Origin: Candidatus Hydrogenedentota bacterium
GTDB taxonomy: Bacteria > Hydrogenedentota > Hydrogenedentia > Hydrogenedentales > JAEUWI01
NCBI GenBank assembly: GCA_034669905.1
Contig: JAXMOL010000059.1
Coordinates: forward strand, 1-45,652
Reading direction: 5' to 3'
Length of the DNA: 45,652 nt
Position numbers and translations under genes: made by a program. The notes under the pieces are model-generated. The model ran no database searches, was not told where the DNA came from, and saw only the letters and a program-made list of their open reading frames with translations. Below, piece by piece: positions 17,978 to 27,041 of the stretch. The first letter of the stretch is position 1, and each line of letters starts with the position of its first letter.

Positions 17978-18858
17978 TGCTGGCCTGGACCCCCAAGTTT
18001 CCCCCGTCGGCCTTGCCCCTGGGATACTGGCGCCTGCTGAAAGCGCGGCACCAATATTTTGATCGGGTGGGGATGACGTTGGGTCCGTGGGGGCTGCCTA
18101 AGTTTACCCACCGGGCCGGCAGTCAGCAGCGCCTGGCCCTCATGCGGGACAAGCAGAAAGACCGGCGCTGTTTTATTATCGCCAACGGGCCGAGTCTTCA
18201 ACAGCTCGACATGACTAAGCTGCGCCGTGAGTTGACCATGGGCTGCAACGGGATTTATTCGGCCTTTCCCGACTGGGGCTTTCATACGTCGTACTTGCTC
18301 TACGAAGACATCGAGCAACTGGAACTGCGCCGTCACGACGTGGGTAAGGTAAAGGGGCCTGTCAAGCTGGCGGCCCTCTATAACGCCTATGCCTTCAAGG
18401 CGGACCGGCAGACAATTTTTTTCAACGCACCGCGCATGCGGGGGCAGCGCTATTACTGGGAAGAACTGTATCCCCAGTTTTCCCGGGACTTCGCCAGCGT
18501 GGTCCATCTGGGCAGCACGGTGACCTACATCATGCTCCAGCTCGCCTATCACCTGGGGTGTAACCCCGTCTATATCGTGGGCTTGGACCACGATTACGGA
18601 GAACTGCCCAAGCTGTTTCCCCCGGGGAAAATCACCATCACCGAGGAGAACATCGACCAGGTGCGGGGCCTCCATTTCAGCGATACCTATTATCAGGTGG
18701 GCGACCAGATTGGTGTGCCCGATGTGGCGCGCCAGGAAGCAGCCTACACCCTGGCCCGGGAGACCTTCGAAGCCGACGGACGGCAGGTCTTCAATGCCAG
18801 TGCCCATACGGCGTTGGATGTGTTTGAGCGGTGTGATTTTGACGGGTTGTTTGACTGA
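17977..18858 (+). CDS. DUF115 / MptE-like (Maf-type) protein
   Basis: RCFIIANGPSL, MGCN, TVTY..LQLAYHLG...YIVGLDH; TGATG coupling with rraA. Confidence 0.8.
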   Translation: MLAWTPKFPPSALPLGYWRLLKARHQYFDRVGMTLGPWGLPKFTHRAGSQQRLALMRDKQKDRRCFIIANGPSLQQLDMTKLRRELTMGCNGIYSAFPDWGFHTSYLLYEDIEQLELRRHDVGKVKGPVKLAALYNAYAFKADRQTIFFNAPRMRGQRYYWEELYPQFSRDFASVVHLGSTVTYIMLQLAYHLGCNPVYIVGLDHDYGELPKLFPPGKITITEENIDQVRGLHFSDTYYQVGDQIGVPDVARQEAAYTLARETFEADGRQVFNASAHTALDVFERCDFDGLFD

Positions 18859-19082
18859 GGGTGATACCCCGGTTAGGACTTCCTTGTTCTCAGTCCACGC
18901 GTGGCACGAAATTCATTGGTGCGCAGGTTCATGCTCGACGCCACCCACAAGCTGACCCCGCTTCGCTCCTCTACTTGAGGGGGGCACCCCGAGGTATATC
19001 CCCATGCTACCCCGTGAAACTTCTCCAACCAGGAGACAGTCCAACAGCAAGTCAGTCCCAAGCCAACCGAGAGGGTTCCTCT

Positions 19083-20393
19083 ATGCGTGTCCGTGCTGTT
19101 TGTTTGCTTCCTGTTGTGCTGCTTTCCCTGCTGCCCTTCCAGGCCGTCGCCGAGGATACCTTCAAGGCCGGTTTCGCCAAGGTCGACATCACCCCCACGG
19201 CTCCCATGCCCATGTGGGGCTATGGTGCACGGCATGACGCCCTTTCCCAGGGGGTGCGCGATCCCCTCTATGCCAAAGCCGTCGTCATTGAGGCGGGAGA
19301 TAAGAAACTCGCCCTCGTGGGCCTTGACCTGGGCCGTTCGCCCGAGGCCGACATGATGGACCGTATCCGCGCGGCGGTGAAGGCGGCCGCTGCCATCGAC
19401 TTCGTCATGCTCTCCGGCTCCCACACCCACCATGGTCCCGTGATCGAACTTCGCGATGAAGAGGGGATGGGCAAGGGGAAGTTTGACGACGCCGTCGCCT
19501 ATGTAGCGACCCTGGAGCAAAAGCTCATTGGCGTCATCAACGAAGCGGCGGCCGCCACCCAGGATGCCCGCATCGGATGGGGCTCGGCGGATGTGGACAT
19601 GAACCGTAACCGCCATAAGAAATTTGAACCCAAGCCCACCGACCCCGAGCTGAGTGTCATCCGATTCGATGATCTGGATGGGGAGATCATTGCCCTCATG
19701 ACCAACTATTCTGCCCACCCCACCATGTTTCCCGGGGAAGACCTGCGCTTCTCCGCCGAGTGGCCGGGCGAAATGATGACCCACGTGGAAAAGGAACTGG
19801 GCACCAACGTGGGATTCCTCCAGGGCTCGGCGGGCGACCTTTCCTGCAAGCCCACCGAAACCACCAACACCATCGATACCTTCGGCCCGGCACTCGGTGA
19901 CGAAGTCATCAAGATTGCGAAGGCCATCGAGACGACCGTGCCCGAAAAGCCGTCGATCAAAGGCAAAGACCAGGACTTCCCCTACGACACCCGCATTCCC
20001 GTGGACAACGCCATCGTGAAGAAACTGCTGGCCGACGCCTTCTTTCCCGAATTTGGCGCGGCGGCTTTTTCGCCCATGAAAGGCAACAAGATCACGCCCC
20101 ACCTCACCACGATTCTCATCAATGACGAACTGGCCCTCGTGGGTGGCTCGGGGGAATTCTTCTGCGACCACGCCAAGCGTCTGAAAGAACGGGCCTGGGA
20201 TATGAAGGCCATCTTCGTGGGTTATTGCAACGGACACCACATGTATTTTCCCACGATTGAAGGGGCGTCGGTGGGTGGCTACGGTGCCGATGCCACCGTC
20301 AGTTGGGTGCCCCTCGGCGCGGGCGAAGAGATGATTAACGCGGCGTTGATTAACCTCTACACCATGCAGGGAAAATACAAGCTGCCGATGTAG
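19083..20393 (+). CDS. Secreted neutral/alkaline ceramidase N-terminal domain protein
   Basis: Signal peptide, AGFAKVDITP, GVRDPLYAKA, SHTHHGP, NYSAHPT, QGSAGD, GYCNG. Confidence 0.85.
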   Translation: MRVRAVCLLPVVLLSLLPFQAVAEDTFKAGFAKVDITPTAPMPMWGYGARHDALSQGVRDPLYAKAVVIEAGDKKLALVGLDLGRSPEADMMDRIRAAVKAAAAIDFVMLSGSHTHHGPVIELRDEEGMGKGKFDDAVAYVATLEQKLIGVINEAAAATQDARIGWGSADVDMNRNRHKKFEPKPTDPELSVIRFDDLDGEIIALMTNYSAHPTMFPGEDLRFSAEWPGEMMTHVEKELGTNVGFLQGSAGDLSCKPTETTNTIDTFGPALGDEVIKIAKAIETTVPEKPSIKGKDQDFPYDTRIPVDNAIVKKLLADAFFPEFGAAAFSPMKGNKITPHLTTILINDELALVGGSGEFFCDHAKRLKERAWDMKAIFVGYCNGHHMYFPTIEGASVGGYGADATVSWVPLGAGEEMINAALINLYTMQGKYKLPM

Positions 20394-20412
20394 GTGGCAA
20401 GGCGAACCTCAA

Positions 20413-20561
20413 GGGTGCCACCCTTACGGACGTGAGGAACGAACGGCCTTACGGGTGTGGGTGTTCCCCATGGCTTGATTATCCCAAGGGAGCTGTCAGC
20501 TGGCAACGGGCTTGCTTTGCTGAATCGCACCTATAGGCTCCCCCGCGTAAGGGTGGCACCC
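20413..20561. repeat. Inverted-repeat element, family A, copy 2
   Basis: gggtgccacccttacggacgtgaggaacgaacggccttacgggtg ... ccccgcgtaagggtggcaccc. Confidence 0.88.
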
Positions 20562-20659
20562 ATGCGGGAGGGTAATTGGGTACGAGCCATTTGTGGCGGC
20601 CGAGCCCCAATCTGCTAAACTCGCCCCTGGACCCTTTTACAATTCCCAGGAGTGATTCG

Positions 20660-22123
20660 ATGTCTCGTGTAATGTTATGCGCCTTATGTGTTGTCCTTTC
20701 CCTCACCACCCAGGCCGTCGAGCCCCCGGCGCCCTATGGGGCCGTTCCGACGGAGCGTCAGCTCGCCTGGCACGAGCTCGAATACTATGGCTTTCTTCAT
20801 TTCACCATGAATACCTTCACCGGGAAAGAGTGGGGCTATGGCGATGAATCGCTCGATACCTTTAACCCTACCGAACTCGATGTGAAACAGTGGGTGCGTG
20901 TGGCCAAAGACGCGGGTATGAAGGGCCTTATCCTCACCTGCAAACACCACGATGGTTTCGTGCTCTGGCCCTCAAAGTACACGGAACACTCCATCAAGAA
21001 CACGCCCTACAAAGACGGTAAGGGCGATATCGTGGGCGACCTGGCGGCGGCCTGCAAAGAAGCCGGACTCACCTTTGGGGTCTATCTTTCGCCGTGGGAC
21101 CGCAATCACCCCGAGTATGGGCGCCCCGCCTATGTGGAATATTTCCGCAATCAACTCCGCGAACTCCTCACCAACTATGGCACCATCCAGGAAGTCTGGT
21201 TTGACGGCGCCAATGGCGGCGATGGCTACTACGGTGGCGCAAAGGAAGAACGACGGATCGACCGGACGACCTACTACGACTGGGAGAATACCTGGAAGAT
21301 CGTGCGGGAGCTTCAGCCCGACGCTATCATGTTTTCCGACATCGGCCCCGACATTCGTTGGGTGGGCAATGAAAAAGGCTTCGCCGGCGACCCGTGCTGG
21401 GCGACCTACACGCCCCACGGCGTGAAAGAGGGCCAGGCCCCGGCGCCGGGTTTGGTGAAGTACAAAGAAGGCATCAACGGCCACGCGGACGGTGAGCAAT
21501 GGCTCCCCGCCGAAGTGGACGTGAGCATCCGCCCCGGCTGGTTTTACCATGAAGAAGAAAACGACAGGGTCCGCACGCCGGATAACCTCCTTAACCTCTA
21601 CTACCAATCGGTGGGCCGTGGTGCGTCCTTTCTGCTCAATCTGCCACCGGATCCTCGGGGCCTGATTCATGAAAAAGATGTGGAATCCCTCATGGGCCTG
21701 CGCGCACGACTCGATGCCATATTTGATGTAGACCTCGCGCACGGTGCCACGGTGAGTGATGCGCCTGTCCGTGGCGACGCCTCCCAGTTTTCGGCGGCGA
21801 ATCTGCTGGACGGGAACAACAAAACCTACTGGGCGACCGATGACGCCGTGTTGAAGGCATCCGTGGAGCTTGCGCTGGACGGCGAAAAGGCCTTCAACCA
21901 CATCCTCCTCCAGGAGTATATTCCCCTCGGTCAACGGGTCCGTGAATTCTCGGTCGACGCCTGGGTGGACGGCGCGTGGAAGCAAATTGCGAAGGGCACT
22001 TCCATCGGCTACAAGCGAATCCTGAAAACGGACACGGTCACAACCAGCAAGGTGCGGCTCAACATTGACGCCGCTGCGGCCTGTCCCGCTATCGCCAGTC
22101 TGGAGCTTTATGCAGGCGAGTGA
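20660..22123 (+). CDS. Alpha-L-fucosidase (GH29) with C-terminal F5/8-type domain
   Basis: FLHF..NTF, LTCKHHDGF.LWPS, YLSPWDR, WFDGA, EVDVSIRPGWFYH, SVGRG..LLN.PP. Confidence 0.95.
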   Translation: MSRVMLCALCVVLSLTTQAVEPPAPYGAVPTERQLAWHELEYYGFLHFTMNTFTGKEWGYGDESLDTFNPTELDVKQWVRVAKDAGMKGLILTCKHHDGFVLWPSKYTEHSIKNTPYKDGKGDIVGDLAAACKEAGLTFGVYLSPWDRNHPEYGRPAYVEYFRNQLRELLTNYGTIQEVWFDGANGGDGYYGGAKEERRIDRTTYYDWENTWKIVRELQPDAIMFSDIGPDIRWVGNEKGFAGDPCWATYTPHGVKEGQAPAPGLVKYKEGINGHADGEQWLPAEVDVSIRPGWFYHEEENDRVRTPDNLLNLYYQSVGRGASFLLNLPPDPRGLIHEKDVESLMGLRARLDAIFDVDLAHGATVSDAPVRGDASQFSAANLLDGNNKTYWATDDAVLKASVELALDGEKAFNHILLQEYIPLGQRVREFSVDAWVDGAWKQIAKGTSIGYKRILKTDTVTTSKVRLNIDAAAACPAIASLELYAGE

Positions 22124-22136
22124 GCCGGGGCGTATT

Positions 22137-22647
22137 GCACCCATAAGCTCCCCCGCGTATAGGTGGTACCCCCGAAGTGGTCTTTGTTGGCCCGTGGGAA
22201 GTACTGCGATTTCGGCAGGGCGACGTGCCCAGGGGTGTGAAGGCATTCCAGTTCCCAGCTCCGGGGCGCCTGCCAGGTAAATTCGCTCGCCATCGGTGAG
22301 GATTCGATCCGCCGGGAATTCCAACTGGGCCGCCGTTTCCCCATGGGCCCACCCGGGCACCTCCCGTTGGCGCGGAGTCCCGTTGCCCCCGTCACGTGGC
22401 CGAGATGGTTGCGGGTAAGCACGATGGCGACGAGCCGTCCGCCCAAGGCCTCAACATGTCGCAGGCGGTCAAAGAGACGCTAGTTTTCTTTCTCCGTCGC
22501 GGCATCGGGATCGACCAGCACCATTTCTTCCTCTCCCAGTAACAACGTATAGGTGTGAGTGTCCGAGTGGATGTTAGGAGACTCGAGGGGCATGCGGTGG
22601 ATACCGCGACGAAATCCGAAGCAGCTAGCGACGCCATCGTTATTGGC
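22137..22647 (-). pseudogene. Decayed duplicate of the NUDIX-MBL gene 3' half plus the right arm of a family A repeat
   Basis: 22137-22190 matches about 24085-24150; 22216-22647 matches 24608-25051 with an in-frame TAG (22480-22482), a frameshift and a deletion of roughly 440 bp. Confidence 0.92.
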
Positions 22648-22733
22648 GTTGTCTCTTAATTTGTTAGACTCCCCGTTCGACAGGACGACCATTTTCAAGA
22701 ATCAGTGGATATTTCAAAGAAGGAGTCTCGGCA

Positions 22734-23945
22734 ATGCGGAATGTGAAAAGCGTACTGGGCGCGGTGTTGTGGGGTTGGGGGGTAGCCACGATGTGCGTTC
22801 CCGCCATGGCGGGCGCACCCGAATATAGCGTCACCGTTGAAACGCCTCTTAATGCGGTGGAGGGCAAGTATTGGATGCAGGTCCGTGGCGGTGCCATTCC
22901 CCAACCCGGTGACGCGCCGCCCCTGGCTGTCGTCATTATGCAGCTCACCGACAGCGTGGGTACCCATATGTACCACGGCCTCACATCCTTCCGGACGTCT
23001 GACTTGGGCAAGACGTGGTCGGAGCCCGTGGCCCATAAAACGCTGGAACGCATTCATCACGACAATGGCCTTATTGAGGTGCCCGTCGACGCGACGCTCA
23101 CCTATCACCCCAATAGTGGCAAGCTCCTCATGACGGGTGCGACCTTCTGGCTGGACCCGAAACTTAAGAAAGACGTACCCAAGGGCCCGAGCGATACGGC
23201 CTACGCAGTTTATGATCCGGAGCAGGATACGTGGACGCGCTGGGCCAAGTTGAAGATGCCCGAAGGACCTAAGTTCCGCTATGCCCGTGCGGGCTCCACC
23301 CAACCGGTTGTCGAACCGAACGGCGACATCCTCCTGCCCATCTACTTTGGTGAACACAACAACAGCATTCATTACTTCACGGTGGTACGCTGTCGCTTCG
23401 AAGGGGACACGCTGACCTATGTGGAGCATGGCGACGAACTCAAGGTCGATTTTGGACGGGGCTTCAGCGAGCCTTCTATGGTGAATTATAAGGGCCGCTA
23501 CTACATGACCCTGCGGAATGACAAGCGGGGCTACGTCACCGTGTCGGATGACGGCCTCCATTTTCCCGTGCCTGCGGCGTGGGAGTTTACCGACGGCGAG
23601 CCGCTGGGCAACTACAATACCCAGCAACACTGGGTGGCCCATTCCGAAGGACTTTTCCTGGCCTATAACCGCCGTGGCCTGGACAATGATGACGTGTTTC
23701 GCCACCGCGCGCCCCTTGTCATGGCGGCGGTGGATACGGAGACCCTGAAGGTGGATCGGAAGACCGAACAGGTGCTCCTTCCCAAGGTCGGGAAATCGAC
23801 ATTCGGAAATTTCGGCGTGGCCCACGTTTCGGCAAACGAGACTTGGATTACGGCGGGACGTGGTGGTGCCAAAGTGGGTGAGCCGAGCGTCTATGTTGCA
23901 CGCATACACTGGGCGAAACCCAATGCACGGATGATGGCCGAGTAA
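22734..23945 (+). CDS. Secreted sialidase-family (BNR/Asp-box) protein
   Basis: Signal peptide, TSDLGKTW and SDDGLHF Asp-boxes, RGFSEPS, NYNTQQHW, FRHRAPL. Confidence 0.8.
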   Translation: MRNVKSVLGAVLWGWGVATMCVPAMAGAPEYSVTVETPLNAVEGKYWMQVRGGAIPQPGDAPPLAVVIMQLTDSVGTHMYHGLTSFRTSDLGKTWSEPVAHKTLERIHHDNGLIEVPVDATLTYHPNSGKLLMTGATFWLDPKLKKDVPKGPSDTAYAVYDPEQDTWTRWAKLKMPEGPKFRYARAGSTQPVVEPNGDILLPIYFGEHNNSIHYFTVVRCRFEGDTLTYVEHGDELKVDFGRGFSEPSMVNYKGRYYMTLRNDKRGYVTVSDDGLHFPVPAAWEFTDGEPLGNYNTQQHWVAHSEGLFLAYNRRGLDNDDVFRHRAPLVMAAVDTETLKVDRKTEQVLLPKVGKSTFGNFGVAHVSANETWITAGRGGAKVGEPSVYVARIHWAKPNARMMAE

Positions 23946-23970
23946 TCGTGCTTGAGAAGGCGTCCGCCCA

Positions 23971-24132
23971 GGATGCCACCCTTACGGACGTGGGGCACGA
24001 ACGGCCTTACGGGTGTGGGTGAGCTCCATGTCCGCACCGTTCCAAGGGTGATGTCAGTGGGCGACCGCGATACCATGCGGATTCGCACCCGTAAGCTCCC
24101 CCGCTGCGCTCCTCCGCGTAAGGGTGGCACTC
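23971..24132. repeat. Inverted-repeat element, family A, copy 3
   Basis: ggatgccacccttacggacgtggggcacgaacggccttacgggtg ... cacccgtaagctcc..cgcgtaagggtggcactc. Confidence 0.88.
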
Positions 24133-24229
24133 CTGAAGTGGTCTTTGTAGGGTGTTGGGGAGTTTTTCAATAGCGGTATGACCGCCAGGTTGGACTTACT
24201 CTTGGATGCGTGCTGGAACCGGGCTGTTC

Positions 24230-25705
24230 CTATTCCAGTTCCACGCCCAGCCGCAGGAGGTGGGCCCGGGCCTGGTGTTCGGCGAGGGGCCAGCTTTCTC
24301 TGCCTACATCCCCATAGGCCGCTTCCAGCAGGGCAGGCATGGTGGTGGCACCGGCCTCCAGGGCCTCCTTTATCCGGGCTTCCCGCGCCAGGCGGTGGGT
24401 GATGAGGCTGGCCAGGGCTTCCCGCCCGGCGCGGCCGAAGAGGGGCGCGCCGTGGCCGGGGATGAGCAGGCCGAAGGGCAATTCCACGCAGCGCTCCAGG
24501 CTCGCCAGGTAGTCCGACATGTCCCCGCGCCAGTCGGGCGATATCACGATGGTGCCGGGGTTGGCCAGGAGGTCGCCCGCGAGGAGGGTGCCGGTGCGGT
24601 GTTCCAGCAGGGCGAGGTGTCCGGGGTCGTGCCCGGGGGTGTGAAGGCATTCCAGTTCCCAACCCGGGTCGCCTGCCAGGTAAATTCGCTCGCCATCGGT
24701 GAGGATTCGATCCACCGGGAATTCCAATTGGGCCGCCGTTTCCCCATGGGCCCACACGGGCACCTCCCGTCGACTGCGGAGCCACGTTGTCCCCGCAACG
24801 TGATCGACATGGCTGTGGGTAAGCACGATGGCCACGAGCCGTCCGCCCAGGGCCTCAAAATGTCGCAGGCGGTCGAAAAGACGCTGGTTTTCTTCCTCCG
24901 TGGCGGCACCGGGATCGACCACCACCATTTCTTCCTCTCCCAGCAACAGCGTATTGGTGTGGGTGGCCGGCGCGATAGTGGGGGACTCGAGGGGCATGAG
25001 GTGGATGCCGCGACGAAACTCGAAGCAGGTAGCGACGCCATCTTCATCGGCCGGCACGGCATTCAACCAGGGCACCGCGTCTTCCAGCGCCATGGTGGCG
25101 AGGTGATGGAGGACATAGGCCACGGGGGCGGAAAGGTGGCGGGTGTTGTGGTGCCATTCCTGTCGGGCCCGCGCGGGTGTGACCCAGTCTACCCCCACGA
25201 TTTCTCCTTCTTCGGGAAGGGCCGTCGCTTCCATCGTGTCCTCCGCCTGGTAGAGGTAGAAGCGGGTGAAAAAGCGAATGGGGGAGAGGGGCGGCGTCAC
25301 CCAGAGTCCGATGGGCCGAAAACGGCTGCCATCGATGCGATGACCGAATGCGGTGAGGATGGAACCGAAATCTCGCTCACCGGTCAGGAGGGCGCGCCGG
25401 GCGTCATCCAATGCCACGGCCTCGGGCGCGGGGCCTTCCGTGAGCAGCACCCCGGCCTCTTCGAAGCACTCGCGGACCGCCGCCACGATAAAGCGCGCGT
25501 CTTCCGTTGTGGGTGCGCCGGCCAGGGGAATGCGCGCGTCCGCCGTATCGACCCGTCCGCCGGGGAAGACATGGTGCCCGGGCATGAAGCGCATGGTATC
25601 GCTTCGTTTCACCAGCAAGACCGGATGCCCATCGCCCGGGTGGAGGACCACCACGGCGGCGGCTTCTCGGGGCGCTGAACTACGATGGGTGGTTTTTTGA
25701 GACAC
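24230..25705 (-). CDS. NUDIX hydrolase / MBL-fold metallo-hydrolase (LACTB2-like) fusion
   Basis: FPGGRVD...AAVRECFEEAG Nudix box; THSHVDH, HTPGHDPGH, AGD, PGHG MBL motifs; C-terminal helical AYGDV...A HL..L domain; GTG start. Confidence 0.9.
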   Translation of the reverse strand: MSQKTTHRSSAPREAAAVVVLHPGDGHPVLLVKRSDTMRFMPGHHVFPGGRVDTADARIPLAGAPTTEDARFIVAAVRECFEEAGVLLTEGPAPEAVALDDARRALLTGERDFGSILTAFGHRIDGSRFRPIGLWVTPPLSPIRFFTRFYLYQAEDTMEATALPEEGEIVGVDWVTPARARQEWHHNTRHLSAPVAYVLHHLATMALEDAVPWLNAVPADEDGVATCFEFRRGIHLMPLESPTIAPATHTNTLLLGEEEMVVVDPGAATEEENQRLFDRLRHFEALGGRLVAIVLTHSHVDHVAGTTWLRSRREVPVWAHGETAAQLEFPVDRILTDGERIYLAGDPGWELECLHTPGHDPGHLALLEHRTGTLLAGDLLANPGTIVISPDWRGDMSDYLASLERCVELPFGLLIPGHGAPLFGRAGREALASLITHRLAREARIKEALEAGATTMPALLEAAYGDVGRESWPLAEHQARAHLLRLGVELE

Positions 25706-25809
25706 GGGCTACCCCTTTTACTGTGAAAGGCGTGGCGCCAGGCGACCAGTAACCGACGCCCATGAATTATACCACGGGCGTATCACGAGGGGAGTGCCGT
25801 ACCGCCCGG

Positions 25810-26793
25810 CTACTTTCCGTTGACCACGTTTCTTCTTACGGCCTTGTCTTCACCGAACGAAACGACGTAGCCGGTCTCTTTGTGGGGGCTCCCTTCAAAG
25901 AAGTCCGTCGTAATAATCTGGGCGCCCGAAGCAAAAGCGGCTTCCCGACGGGTAGTATCGTTTTTCGCCGCCTCCTTCAGGCCTGCGTCGGCCCGGGTGC
26001 GGACGATGTAGCCGGCCTTCACCTGTTTCGGGATCTCGGGATCGGTCGGGGTGTTCATGACATAGACCGCTGCATAGTCTTCGTCCCCATAGGCCTGAAG
26101 AAATGCCGTGGCACCTTTCAGTCCGGGGTGCATGGCCGCATAGGTCTCTGCCGGCTTGCCGCCCGTATGGAGGACAAACATGACGCGGCCACGGCTTGCA
26201 TCAAGGGTGGGCCAGCCCGTCGTGGTGACGGCCTCCCGCAGGGTCGCCGCTTCTCCACGCACATCGTCCGGACGAAGTAGATGGCCCGCTTCGAAGACCT
26301 CGTTGAGTTCTTTTTCTATTTGGGCGAGGGCCTCTTTGTCGAAGGGGAGCACCGTGCTATCGGTTTGATGCTTGTCGTTCCCTTTCAGTTCCAACAAGAC
26401 GATCAAGGGGACGTGGTCGGGATGGGCCCGGGACCAGTCGCGCAGGAGCGTGGCACAATCGATGAGGGTTTCACAGGTGCTGTTTTCGTCGTAGCGGGGT
26501 ACATGAAATACTTTGATGGCTTCCGCATCGAAATACAGGTCGATCTCAAAACTCCGTACCCCCTTGTTGAGCTGCACATCCAGGGGCGGATGATCATAGG
26601 CCCACGCGGCGGCCGCCGGATAGGCCGCGACAATACGGCTGAAAAAGGGCTCGTCGGGCTGGGCGTGATAGCTGTTGTGGGATCCGATGACCTGGATCTG
26701 ATTCATGCGCAGATGGGCACCATTTTCAATGGGGTCGGCAATGGGGGCGCTGGCGAGTGCCAGGGCGACAAGATAGGGCGCAAGACGTTTCAC
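25810..26793 (-). CDS. Secreted Ca2+-dependent phosphoinositide-specific phospholipase C-like protein
   Basis: NQIQVIGSHNSYH, QL..GVRSFEIDL, WS.AHPDHVP, RTRAD, SGAQIITTDF; GGAGG RBS before GTG 26793. Confidence 0.85.
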   Translation of the reverse strand: MKRLAPYLVALALASAPIADPIENGAHLRMNQIQVIGSHNSYHAQPDEPFFSRIVAAYPAAAAWAYDHPPLDVQLNKGVRSFEIDLYFDAEAIKVFHVPRYDENSTCETLIDCATLLRDWSRAHPDHVPLIVLLELKGNDKHQTDSTVLPFDKEALAQIEKELNEVFEAGHLLRPDDVRGEAATLREAVTTTGWPTLDASRGRVMFVLHTGGKPAETYAAMHPGLKGATAFLQAYGDEDYAAVYVMNTPTDPEIPKQVKAGYIVRTRADAGLKEAAKNDTTRREAAFASGAQIITTDFFEGSPHKETGYVVSFGEDKAVRRNVVNGK

Positions 26794-27041
26794 AGACAGG
26801 TACCTCCGGTGCGGCGTTGTCTTCTTTCGTGGGCGTGCGGGCGGCAAGGACAGTCGCCGTCCTGTGAACTAGACCGGTTGTCAGCCTACCACGTTTCCAG
26901 GGATTAGTCATGGCATTCCTGTTGACAGGGGAGGAGGCTCCCGTATCGCCGGTCTCGAAAAATTTGATAGCCCACCTGTATTTCGCCACAATAACCCGCT
27001 TGACTGTAGATAGAAGTGCCCCGCAGTTGCGGGCAGGGAGA

